A stretch of DNA of 64,000 nt from Eledone cirrhosa (GCA_964016885.1 OZ024745.1:28458001-28522000); one strand, 5' to 3'. Counted from the first letter of the stretch, positions 1-13,504 are shown. Made by a program: numbers and translations. Notes: a model not told the origin generated them from the sequence alone.

Positions 1-506
1 GTACACACGCAAACATCTGTATACATACACACACACATTCACAAACCACCTTCATTACACACGCACGTACACACGCAAACATCTGTATACATACACACAC
101 ACATACACAAACCACCTTCATTACACACGCAAGTGCACACAGTTACACACACACAAATATCTGCATACACATACGCACGCACACGTAAACCACCTTATTT
201 ACACACACGTACACACAGAAATATCTGCATACATACAAGCACACATATACACAAGCCCCCTTCATTACACACGCACACACACACAGACCACCGTCATTAA
301 ACACACACATACGTACACAAACACATATACGTACACAAACACACACATACACACATACACACATACACATACATACACACACAAACCACATGCGCATGCA
401 TAAACCACCTTCGTTACACACACATACACGCACAGGAACACGTTAACACATATACACATACTTTCACACGTGCACATACCTAAACACATACACACAAACC
501 AATCTC

Positions 507-591
<85 letters not shown>

Positions 592-805
592 GAACGTACA
601 CAAACACATAACCTTCATAACACAAAAGTTACATACATAATACACACCTGCACACATACACATGTTGCACACACACATACATACAGAGACAAACTTACAC
701 ATGTATACACACATAGCCGCGAGCAAACACACACACATAGACACAAACTTACACACACACACATAGACAAACACACACACACATAGACAAACACATATAC
801 ACGCA
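1..805. repeat. Degenerate (CA)n-rich low-complexity tract
   Basis: CA/CATA-rich, with a pure (CA)n at about 509-587; a (TTC)n follows at about 828-879. Confidence 0.9.
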
Positions 806-919
806 TTTTTCTCGTTTTGTTTCCGAATTCTTCTTCTTCTTCTTCTTCTTCTTCTTCTTCTTCTTCTTCTTCTTCTTCTCATCCTCTCACTTTCTCGCTC
901 CCCCCCCAACACTCACTAG

Positions 920-3410
920 ATCAATATCACCACCATTATCACCACCCAACACCACAACCACCACCACAACAACCTCCCAATATCACCACAACCACCACCA
1001 CTGCCATCACCACCACGATTACCATCACTAACACCACCACCACCACTGCCATCACAAACACCACCACCACCAACACTAACACCACCACCACCAGCACCAC
1101 TACCACCACCACCATCACCATCACTAACACCACCATTGCCATCACTAACACCACCACCACCACTGCCATCACAAACACTACCACCACCAACACTAACACC
1201 ACCACCACCACCACCACAATCACCATCACTAACACCACCACTGCCATCACTAACACCACCACCACCACTGCCATCACAAACACTACCACCACCAACACTA
1301 ACACCACCACCACCACCACCACCACCATCACCATCACTAACACCACCACTGCCATCACTAACACGACCACCACCACTGCCATCACTAACATCACCACCAC
1401 TACCATCACTAACACCACCACCACTACCATCACTAACACCACCACCACCACCACCACTACCAATACCATCACTAACACCATCACCACCAATATCTTCACT
1501 AACACCACCACCACCAGCAACATTACCATCACTAACACCACCACTACAATCACTAACACCACCACCACTACCATCACTAACACCACCACCACTACAATCA
1601 CTAACACCACCACCATTACCATACCTAACACCATCACCACCACCACCATCACTAACACCGCCACCACCACTACCATCACTAACACTACCACCACTAGCAT
1701 CAGCAACACCACCACTACCATCAGTAACACCACCACCACCACTACCACCACTAACACTACCACCACTAAAACACCACCACTGCCATCACTAACACCACCA
1801 CCACCACTACCATCACTAACACCACCACCACTAAAATCACTAACACCACCACTACCATTACCATACCTAACACCATCACCACCACCACCATCACTAACAC
1901 CGCCACCACTACCATCAGCAACACCACCACCACTACTATCAGTAACACCACCACCACCACCACCACTACCACCACTAACACCATCACCACTACCATCAGT
2001 AACACCACCAACATCACCACCACCACTACCACCACTAACACTACCATCACTAACACCACCACTACCATCAGTAACGCCACCACCATGACCACCACCACCA
2101 CCACCACCACCACCACCACACCACCACTACCACCACTAACACTACCATCACTAACATCACCACTACCATCAGTAACGCCACCACCATCACCACCACCACC
2201 ACCACGACCACCACCACACCACCACTACCACCACTAACACTACCATCACTAACATCACCACTACCATCAGTAACGCCACCACCATCACCACCACCACCAC
2301 CACGACCACCACCACACCACCACTACCACCACTAACTCCACACCAGTGCCATCACTAACACCACCAGTATCACCACCACCACCACCACCACCATCACCAA
2401 CACCACCACCACCACCACCACCACCACCATCACCACCACCATCACCACCACCACCACCAGCACCACTACCATCAGTAACATCACCACCACCACCACCACT
2501 ACCATCAGTAACAGCACCACCACCACTACTACCACTAACACTACCACCACTAACACCACCACCATCACCAACACCACCATCACCACCACCACCACCACCA
2601 ACACCACTACCACCACCACCAACACCACCACCACCATTACCACCACCAACACCACCATCATCACCACCACTAACACCACCACCACCATCACGACCACCAC
2701 CACTACCATCAGTAACATCAACACCACCACCATCACCACCACCACCACTATCACCACCACCACCACTACCACCACTAACACTACCACCACTAACACCACC
2801 ACCATCACCACCACCACCATCACCACCACCACCACCACCACCACCACCACCACCACCACTACCACCACCACCAACACCACCACCACCATCACCACCAACA
2901 ACACCACCACCATCACCACCACCAACACCATCACCACCAACAACACCATCACCATCACCACCACTACCATCAGTAATATCACCACCACCACCACCACCAC
3001 CACCACCACCACCACCAACACCATCACCACCACCACCACCACTACCACCACCACCACCACCACTACCACCACCACCACCACCAACAGCATCACCACCACC
3101 ACCACCACCACCACCACCACCACCACCACCACTACCACCACCACCACCACCACCACCACCACCAACACCATCACCACCACCACCACCACCACCACCACCA
3201 CTACCACCACCACCAACACCACCACCACCATCACCACCAACAACACCACCACCATCACCACCACCAACACCATCACCACCAACAACACCATCACCATCAC
3301 CACCACTACCATCAGTAACATCACCACCACCACCACCACCACCAACACCATCACCACCACTACCACCACCACCACCACCACTACCACCACCACCACCATC
3401 ACTAACAGTA
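920..3410. repeat. (ACC)n-derived minisatellite with higher-order duplications
   Basis: Recurrent CACCACCATCACTAACAC units; the Thr/Pro/Val ORFs are repeat translations. Confidence 0.9.
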
Positions 3411-3658
3411 ATGGTACATGGACGATGGAATGATGTGGAAAGGTGTGCAGTGATTGAAACAACGACAGCTGTTTACTACATTTCAGATACACTAACACAT
3501 ACACTGATCAACACACACATACACATGCATATAAACATTCCTATTTTCATACACATACATACATACATACATACATACATACATACATACATACGTACAT
3601 ACATACATACACATATATATATGAGTGTGTGTGTGTGTGTTTGTGTGTATATATATAT

Positions 3659-3741
<83 letters not shown>

Positions 3742-3754
3742 TGTATATATATAT

Positions 3755-3810
<56 letters not shown>

Positions 3811-3813
<3 letters not shown>

Positions 3814-4490
3814 GTGGAACACTGGAAGGTAATATCCGTAGTGGTAGAGCACTCAGTCCATGGACGAGTTAGGTAGAAGTGGTTACACAACAGTTAGTAC
3901 ACCATACCGAGAACAATTGTTTCACCTTAGCGGATCCTCAGCTCGGAATGCGCATGGTTATAGGAACAGGAAGGACAAAGGTACGAACGCGCATGCGCAG
4001 AAATTCGGTCACTTCACACAGGCAATACTAGACTGCGTGCGAGAGGTGTAGGGGAGATAACTGCGAAATTCCGAAAAAATTTTAGGTTGGAAATAAAATT
4101 ACAAAGAATCCGTCCGGGGCCTTGTAGTTATGTAATAGGTGTTTGGTGACGTGTGGACAACGTGTGAAAAATTCATTTCTCGTGTTTAGGCAATCACTAT
4201 TGCGTAATCTCTTTAGAATAGTTAATCCTTCGTCAATACATAAGCCACACGTCGGATTTGGACTTAGTGATGGCTTTCCATTGACTGGAGTAGTCTATAC
4301 TTTAGTCCTTGAGGGACCATACGTGGCTCGCGAGTTTCGTGGATGAACGTCTGACCTGGTGCCTGAAGGTAGGCTGGTGGTTCCTTAAATCGTCCCTCCG
4401 CCATGCCGACATAGGATTTGACCTCCTGTGGTTCGTTTCGTCGGTTGGAAGTGACCACAGCTTCATAAATTACAACTCTAACAGAACATA
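3811..4490 (-). mobile_element. Penelope-like element 3' fragment (decayed GIY-YIG endonuclease plus pLTR)
   Basis: Minus-strand frames give VIYEAVVTS...KSYVGMAEGRFKE, STKLASHVWSLKD and CLNTRNEFFTRCPHVTKHLL, the typical PLE GIY-YIG C-terminus; frameshifted; ends in (TA)n. Confidence 0.8.
3907..3946 (-). ncRNA. Minimal type I hammerhead ribozyme in the PLE pLTR
   Basis: ccgag-CTGAGGA-tccgctaaggt-GAAAC-aatt-GTT-ctcgg; 5-bp stem I, palindromic ACAATTGT, weak stem II. Confidence 0.75.
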
Positions 4491-4974
4491 AGATAACTGC
4501 CTTGCAACACGTGGTAGAGAGAAGGAAATGTGTTCATGGAACAGTAAAGTAGTGGCTTGGGTGGGATGAGCCGCTAGAAAGCGCAGCCCCAAACCACTCA
4601 AATAAGGGAACTTGACTTAAACAGTTTTCTTAGAGTTGTATGGAATGTATTCACTTAACACGCGCGCTGATAAACCAGGGTGTTTCTTTCTATACACTAA
4701 TCTTTTGGCGAGACGTAATATATAAAAGGTGGGTAAATTCATTCTGATTTATATTTTTTTTATTATTTTGCATCTACCTCACTTTTCTTAGTTTATAGAT
4801 TCCATACACTGGTGGTTTTCCCTGTACATTGATAAACACACAACTCTCTCTCGTGTATTATATTTTCTATATATTATATTTGAAGAGTCCAGGATTCTCT
4901 TTCCTTTGAGCTCATTAATTACAGGGACCAACGCGAGTTTATGACTCCGTTAATTTATTTTGATATGTATATAT

Positions 4975-5026
<52 letters not shown>

Positions 5027-5027
<1 letters not shown>

Positions 5028-5518
5028 AAAATCCGAAGGCAAGGTAAAATTACAATCATTTAATCACGACACATGTTTCATAAGAGATAGATCGATTGTG
5101 AAGCCATGATCGATTATCACTGATCGCATCAGGTGAAAATGAATTGTCTTCAAATTCTTGATATGAGGGAGAAAAATAACGATGTTCTCTCACAGAATTC
5201 ATTCCCTCATATTCTGTGAGAGAACATCGTTATTTTTCTCCCTCATATCAAGAATTTGAAGACAATTCATTTTCACCTGATGAGATCAATGATAATCGAT
5301 CATGGCTTCACAATCGATCTATCTCTTATTGAAACATGTGTCGTGATTAAATGATTGGAATTTTACCTTGCCTTCGGATTTTCATTTTGATACTTATACT
5401 CCATTTTACATCATCTAGCTGTTCCCTTGAATGGAATTGGAGATATACAAAAGCGTGGAGAACTTAATATTGCTAACATAAAGTTATTGGATCATTTTAC
5501 ACAACCAATAATGCACCT

Positions 5519-5520
<2 letters not shown>
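5027..5520 (+). mobile_element. Fold-back pLTR-like element (arms 5027-5198 / 5211-5383)
   Basis: About 172-bp near-perfect inverted arms with a 12-nt spacer; sequence continues past the right arm to the next (TA)n; flanked by (TA)n on both sides. Confidence 0.8.
5273..5346 (+). ncRNA. Type I hammerhead ribozyme with long stem II
   Basis: tcac-CTGATGA-[stem II]-GAAAC-atgt-GTC-gtga; the mirror copy at 5064-5136 has the core mutated to CTGATGC. Confidence 0.7.
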
Positions 5521-5604
<84 letters not shown>

Positions 5605-5610
<6 letters not shown>

Positions 5611-6115
5611 GTTAAAAGTGTACATCCACATATGTATACTGAAATACTAGTATGCATATAAATACACACACGTATACATATGCACATGTACCGAGTTTTT
5701 CACTGGACACTTTACTGTGAGTGTCCAGCTAGTCTGTATGTAACCAAACAGACAAACCGGGTTTTAGAGTCATACGGGTTTTCAAGGAAACACCTTTCCT
5801 CTATTCTCCAGAGAGCCAGACAGGAATATTGGACTAGTTTCGATGTTATTACATCTCATCAGCAATATATACCCATCCTCCGGCTTCTCTAGAGAATCGT
5901 AAAAGCACATATCGTTATATGCTTTTTCTATGAAAATTAGTAGTGGGCAGACTAATTTGCATAGAACGTGAGTCATTGTACGCACCGGTTCAGCGGAAAC
6001 GATAAAAACAAATAACGAAACGAAATTAAATTTCGTTTCGTTTGTAACTCACTTTTGTATGACTGACGCTTAAACAATTAAGTTAAAAGTGTACATCCAC
6101 ATATGTATACTGAAA
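5605..6115 (-). mobile_element. Family A HHR element, about 1.1 units (471-bp period)
   Basis: Homologous to the 467-bp array unit; about 40-bp terminal direct repeat (5605 and 6076); flanked by (TA)n. Confidence 0.85.
5826..5868 (-). ncRNA. Minimal type I hammerhead ribozyme (family A, GUC site)
   Basis: atattg-CTGATGA-gatgt.aata.acatc-GAAA-ctag-TC-caatat. Confidence 0.9.
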
Positions 6116-6554
6116 TATATATATATATAACTCTGATACTGGTTCAGTCTAGTTCAACTGGATTGGTCTGTCCCAGTCATTCATCGAGCAACATCGGTGA
6201 AGTTGGCACCCTTAACTTACAGTTGGGTGCGGATGCATTCATGTATATATGTGTGTGTCCGCATATATCTGTGTGTTTCTAAATATATTGTTAATAACTC
6301 CCTCTGGTCGAGCAATCTTTGAAGTGTGGGGACAGCTGGAAAGCTTCCATTACTCATACTTCTCGCCTTCTTCACCACCTCTTCTACGGCCTCGATATGA
6401 ATACCCCCTCCGCCTCCGTGGTATTTTCTTCGGGGTTATAAGAGGCTTAGCTCTGTTTCTCGACCGTTATATCGCGTGACTATCTCCCCCTCCGCCTTTT
6501 GGGATTCTTTCTCACGTCGTGTAGACGCGTTCTTGAGACTAGTAAAATGAGGTA

Positions 6555-6644
6555 TCCTCTTGATAAGTCGGCAGACCTCGCAAGGACTCTATGTCTTTAT
6601 GATGTATTGTTTTTGTTTATGCCACGAAACTACGTAGTCGAGGA
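6555..6644 (+). ncRNA. Type I hammerhead ribozyme, U3:A8 core variant
   Basis: tcctc-TTGATAA-gtcggca...tgccac-GAAAC-tacgta-GTC-gagga; palindromic ACTACGTAGT. Confidence 0.7.
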
Positions 6645-6710
6645 ATTTAGGAGCAGTTTAGGTATGATACATTTTATTACTAATTATATCTAAATGTTTC
6701 TTCTCTCTTC

Positions 6711-6780
<70 letters not shown>

Positions 6781-7047
6781 AATATTTATATATATATTTA
6801 TAAATATTTATATATACATATATATATATATCGTATATAAATGTTCGGTGAATCCATACGTGCATATATATATGTGTGCATGTATGTATATATATATACA
6901 TACTACTGTACATCTGTATACATATATGTATGTACGTGTACATGCTTATATTTAAGTAACAGCCGTACTAAGAGTGGAAAATGAAATATCGTTTCATTTT
7001 TTTCCGTTTATCGTTTTCGGTGCACCCGGCCGATTAACCCACTCGAT

Positions 7048-7095
7048 ATGCAAATTGGGCTACTCAGCCGTTAATATGCATAAGGTAAGTATATA
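7048..7095 (+). promoter_or_regulatory. Octamer ATGCAAAT plus conserved downstream motif (candidate snRNA-type promoter)
   Basis: ATGCAAAT at 7048-7055, then TAATATGCATAAGGTAAGTATATA; same order as in family A. Confidence 0.45.
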
Positions 7096-7122
7096 CGTTC
7101 AACAATCTGGCAGGAAGGTATA

Positions 7123-7163
7123 CGTTGCTGACGATAGCTAACAAGCTTGAAACTAGTACAGCG
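7123..7163 (+). ncRNA. Minimal type I hammerhead ribozyme (family B, GUA site)
   Basis: cgttg-CTGACGA-tagct.aaca.agctt-GAAA-ctag-TA-cagcg. Confidence 0.85.
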
Positions 7164-7432
7164 TTCCTTTGTCAGTGTTGAACAAACGAGCAACGGTGGT
7201 TGCTAGACACTACGGCTTAATACGGGATGTTTCTTTACAAACACACCGAGCATTATAATAAATGTTCGGTGAATCCATACGTGCATATATATATGTGTGC
7301 ATGTATGTATATATATATATACCTACTACTGTACGTCTGTATACATATATATGTATGTACGTGTACATACTTATATTTAAGTAACAGCCGTACTAAGAGT
7401 GGGAAATGAAATATCGTTTCATTTTTTCCGTT

Positions 7433-7464
<32 letters not shown>

Positions 7465-7537
7465 AATATTTATAAATATATATAGGTATATAGTATATGT
7501 GAAGTTATAAATAAATTGTGTGTGTGTGTGTGTGTAT

Positions 7538-7587
<50 letters not shown>

Positions 7588-7892
7588 TATAGACAATCAA
7601 GAGAGATCAAGCCTAATGTACAATCTGTTATCTCCTTACGGCTTCCATATTTTATCAACTGGACATATTCTGATTGTTGTTGTTGTTGTTGCTGCTGCTG
7701 CTGTTGCTGCTGCTGTTGCTGATGATGATGACGTTGAATTTTATTTCCACACTCCCGCAGCTAACGTCATTTTTACCATTATACGTAATAATGGCATATT
7801 TCGTGTATATATATATACACACACATATATATATATATATACACATATATATATATATACATATATATATACACACACATATATATATACAC

Positions 7893-8093
<201 letters not shown>

Positions 8094-8524
8094 CATATAT
8101 ATATAAATACATATATACATAAATGAATTCATACATACATACATACATACATACACATACATACACATACATACATACATACATACATACATACATACAT
8201 ACATACATAGGTACACATATGACACTTTATATGTACATATGTGTGTATGTTTGAACGAACGTTTCGATTTCTTTTAACTGTTCTGAAAAGATCAAATAGA
8301 AAACGGTATGAGATAATACTACTGAATGACTGAAGGAAGGGGGGGGGGAGAAAGGAGGAGGAGGAGAAGAAGAAGAAGGTGAAGATTGGGGTGAGAGGGA
8401 GGAGGAGGAGGAGTCGGCGGAGGAGGTGGCGGAGGAGGAGACGGAGGAGTAGGCGGAGGAGGTGAAGGAGGCGGCAGAAGAGAAATATTATAATATTTGA
8501 TATTTCGAAGAACAAGGAAGCAAA

Positions 8525-9202
8525 ATGGATGCTCCTGAAGTATTGTTGGCGAAACTAAAAGATGACGAAGAAAAAAGAGAGATTGATATAAATACAGTGA
8601 AAGAAAACAGAATTATTCTAACGAAACTAGAAAAAAATATTTATTCTACTTTAGAAGATTTGCAAGCAAATCTGACCTCACAACTTGAAGATAGTAAACG
8701 ACTTTCTATTAAAATGGAAAAAATCGATACGGAAAAAGAAACGTTGGTTTCGGCTTTGTCGGAGAAGGAGGATCAATGTCGTGAATTAGAAGAAGTTTCA
8801 AAGACCTTGAAGGATGTTCAAGATAGAAACCAACATTCTACTGAGAGAGATGTTAAAGATTTGAAGATTAAATATGAGAAATTGTTAGAAGAGAATCAGA
8901 AATACAAAAAAATGGAAGAGGACTACAAATCGTTACTTGAGAAATTCAAGGATATAAAAGCAAAAAACCAGATTTACGAAAGAAGATTCTCTTGTCTGAA
9001 GAGACTTGAAACCGATCCGATAGAAACTGAGAAAGAAGAAACGGTTAATGACACTTCGGAACAGTCATTTGAACATTTTGGAAATATAAATAATCAGCTT
9101 AGAGATCTAAATGCACAAGTAGCAGAATGTATCCGGGACTGGCAAAGAACACGTTTGGAAGGTCTGCCTTCGAAAGATAAAGCAAAACAGGACGATAAAT
9201 AA
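8525..9202 (+). CDS. Putative 225-aa coiled-coil protein (single exon or terminal exon), unknown function
   Basis: Only long complex-sequence ORF that is not TE-like; K/E/L-rich heptad pattern; caaaATGg start context; in-frame stop at 8498; AATAAA motifs downstream. Confidence 0.55.
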   Translation: MDAPEVLLAKLKDDEEKREIDINTVKENRIILTKLEKNIYSTLEDLQANLTSQLEDSKRLSIKMEKIDTEKETLVSALSEKEDQCRELEEVSKTLKDVQDRNQHSTERDVKDLKIKYEKLLEENQKYKKMEEDYKSLLEKFKDIKAKNQIYERRFSCLKRLETDPIETEKEETVNDTSEQSFEHFGNINNQLRDLNAQVAECIRDWQRTRLEGLPSKDKAKQDDK

Positions 9203-9689
9203 ATACACGCGCTTAACCATTTACTTCTGTTCCTAAAGCTCTGGTTTTTAAATCATAAAAATGAAAATCAAAATTCTGCAAAACTTTCGTAATACATATA
9301 TATATATAACTTTCTCATTATTAAGTTGGTGTTAAGAACATAATTTAATAAGAGTTCTTACATAAAAAAAATTATGACGGAACGTTGTTTGATAAAGACT
9401 TTAAACCTTTCGTTACCATATTTCTAATAAAATGCATCGCCTACAATTTTGAAATAATTTGTATAATAATCAAGAATTTGGAGTTTTATTAACATACAAT
9501 TATATAAATTTCACGTTATCAATTTGGTATTTAGAACATAACCTAATAAATATTCTTAAATAAAATTATAATAGAAGGCTTTTAGATTTGATTTATTGTT
9601 TGTATCTTTTATTTTATAATCTGAGAAGGTCATTTCTTATATACGTATATATATTTATACTTTGACGTATGTTGCTGCCGTATTTTTCT

Positions 9690-10959
<1,270 letters not shown>

Positions 10960-10960
<1 letters not shown>

Positions 10961-12650
10961 AAAAGTTTGTCCCGGAGAAAAAGGAAAACAGACACAAAAA
11001 TCTTATTCCCAGAGATAGGAAAATCCTTATGAGACGTAGAAACCAAGCTTTCAAACCAGTTGAATGCACAAGAAAACAAAAACAAGAAGGAATCCTATTT
11101 GAAACGTGCACTACTTGACACCGAGATTGCACTCAAACTTTCCCATGAAAATGAGAGGGCAAAGAAAGCAGGGCCATAGAAAACATTAAAACAAACCCTA
11201 AGGCCTTCTTTAAATTTGCAAAAGAAACTGCCTCGGTACACTGCAAAATTGGGCCACTGTTCCATACAGACGGTTCATTAACCGAGAATCCCCAAGAGAC
11301 ATGTGAAATACTGAACGAACAGGTCAAAAGTGTGTTCACATGTCCACTGAGGCACATGCAAATAACAAAGCCAGAGGAGTTCTTTGATGCCACAACACTA
11401 CATGAAAAAATGGTGACCATCAACCACAGACATAACGGAGGAGGATGTGGTGTACGCCATAGATGAAATTAGAACAGACTCAGCTGCTGGACCTGATGGA
11501 TTCCCAGCAGTCCTCTTAAAAACATGTAAGCGGGCCTTAGCAACTCCACTGAAGACGCTCTTCAGAAGCTCCTTGGCTAGCGGTATGCCACCCAGGGAGC
11601 TGAAAGAAGGCACAATATGCCCTATCCATAAAGGAGGTAGCAGAGCGGAGGCCAAAAACTATAGGCCAGTCTCCCTGACGTCGCATATCAGTAAGGTCAT
11701 AGAGCGAGTCGTCAGAAAGAAACTGATCACTTTGCTCGAGGAAAATGACCGCCTGACTAGCACACAGCATGGTTTCCGCCTTACACAGCTGCTATATCAC
11801 TACGACTGGGTACTGAAACAACTGCTAGACAGCTTACACGTGGAGGTGATATATCTTGACTTTGCGAAGGCCTTTGAGAAGGTCGACCACGGAATGATAT
11901 GTCACAAACTACACGGACTCGGCATAACTGATACATAACTGATAAATCGATACGAGACCTGGGTATAGACATGAGCGATGATGCATCTTTTTCCTCACAC
12001 ATCATGAAAGTGGCGACAATGTGCAGACGACTCGCTGGCTGGATCTTGAGGACTTTACGGACAAGAGACCGTGACACCATGTTGACACTATGGAGGACAT
12101 TTGTCCTAAGCGGCCTGGACTACTGCTCCCAGTTGTGGTCACCCCATAGTGTCAAACTAACCACGGAGCTTGAGGCAATCCAGCGGAGCTACACCAAGAG
12201 GATTGCCACGATGAAGGAGATAAGCTACTGGGAGAGGCTAAAAGAACTGAACCTCTACTCCTTGGAATGAAGACGGGAGAGATACGCAGTGATCTACATG
12301 TGGAAAATCCTGGAGGGACCAGCACCAAACTTTGGCATTGGGAGCTGGACCAACCGTCGAACAGGACGCCACTGTGTGGTGCCAAAGGTCCCGTCTTCCA
12401 CATCTAGAATGAGGAGCAGGTATTGCAATAGCCTAGGATTCAAGGGCCCTCAACTCTTCAACAAGCTGCCGAGGGATCTGAGAGATTAGCATGGTGTGGA
12501 GGTGGATGTCTTCAAGAAACATCTCGACACCTTGCTATCCAGGATCCCGGATAAGCCCACAGCAAGATACGAGGGAAACCTAAGAGCAGCAGCAACAAAC
12601 TCCCTCTTACACCAGTGGCCAACCAATACAGGCTGGAGGTAAAATGTGTA
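10960..12650 (+). mobile_element. Decayed CR1-group LINE ORF2 fragment with internal deletion
   Basis: SAAGPDG, KNYRPVSLTS, QHGFR, YLDFAKAFEKVDH, then RDLG, LDYCSQLWSP, SYWERLKELNLYSLE; stops and frameshifts; PQG and YADD motifs absent. Confidence 0.9.
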
Positions 12651-12691
12651 CCTGGAACAGGTAAAAGAGTAAAAGAGTATGTATATATATT

Positions 12692-12826
<135 letters not shown>

Positions 12827-12836
12827 TTATATATAC

Positions 12837-12867
<31 letters not shown>

Positions 12868-13366
12868 CATATATATATACATATACATGTATATATATGT
12901 ATATATATATATACATATATATATATACATATATATACATATATACATATATATATACATATATATATACATATATATATATACATATATATACATATAT
13001 ATATACATATATATATACATATATATATACATATATATATACATATATATATACATATATATATACATGTATAAAAACAAATAACGAAACGAAATTAAAT
13101 TTCGTTTCGTTTGTAACTCACTTTTGTATGACTGACGCTTAAACAATTAAGTTAAAGATGTACATCCATATATGTATACTGAAATACTAGTATGTATATG
13201 AATACACACACGTATACATATGTAGATGTACCAAGTTTTTTCACTGGTCACTTTACTGTGAGTGGCCAGCTATTCTGTATGTAAACACACAGACAAACCG
13301 GTTTTTAGAGTCATACTGGTTTTTGAGGAAACACCTTTCCTCTATTCTCCAGAAAGCCAGACAAGG

Positions 13367-13411
13367 AATATTGAACTAGTTTCGTTGTTGTTACAACTCA
13401 TCAGCAATATT
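13367..13411 (-). ncRNA. Minimal type I hammerhead ribozyme, array unit 1
   Basis: aatattg-CTGATGA-gttgt.aaca.acaac-GAAA-ctag-TT-caatatt. Confidence 0.85.
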
Positions 13412-13454
13412 TACCTATCTTCCGGCCTCTCTAGAGAATCGTAAAAGCACATAT

Positions 13455-13504
13455 CGTTATATGCTTTTTCTATGAAAATTAGTAGTGGGCAGACTAATTT
13501 GCAT
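13455..13504 (-). promoter_or_regulatory. Octamer plus PSE/SPH-like motif upstream of the HHR (present in each full unit)
   Basis: Minus strand ATGCAAAT-tagtctgcccactac-TAATTTTCATAGAAAAAGCATATA, ending about 45-50 nt before the HHR. Confidence 0.45.

Larger units (their letters stand above)
6835..7433 (+). mobile_element. Family B HHR element, about 1.4 units (421-bp period)
   Basis: atgttcggtgaatcc at 6841 and 7262; contains an octamer and an HHR; flanked by (TA)n. Confidence 0.85.

Noticed and set aside
817-3872. Long Thr/Pro/Val-rich ORFs (mucin- or extensin-like), also at 48911-52529
   Set aside because: Open in several frames and on both strands of ACC-type repeats and merging into microsatellites; no complex domain
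4660-4945. Two HHR-like patterns (CTGATAA...GAGAC and TTGAAGA-gtcc...ggac-CAAC)
   Set aside because: Core positions are broken and stem I is not recoverable; at best heavily decayed
13262-13444. Repeated 60-aa ORF in the 467-bp unit
   Set aside because: GTG start, antisense to the ribozyme, no recognisable motif; used only as evidence that the units are identical
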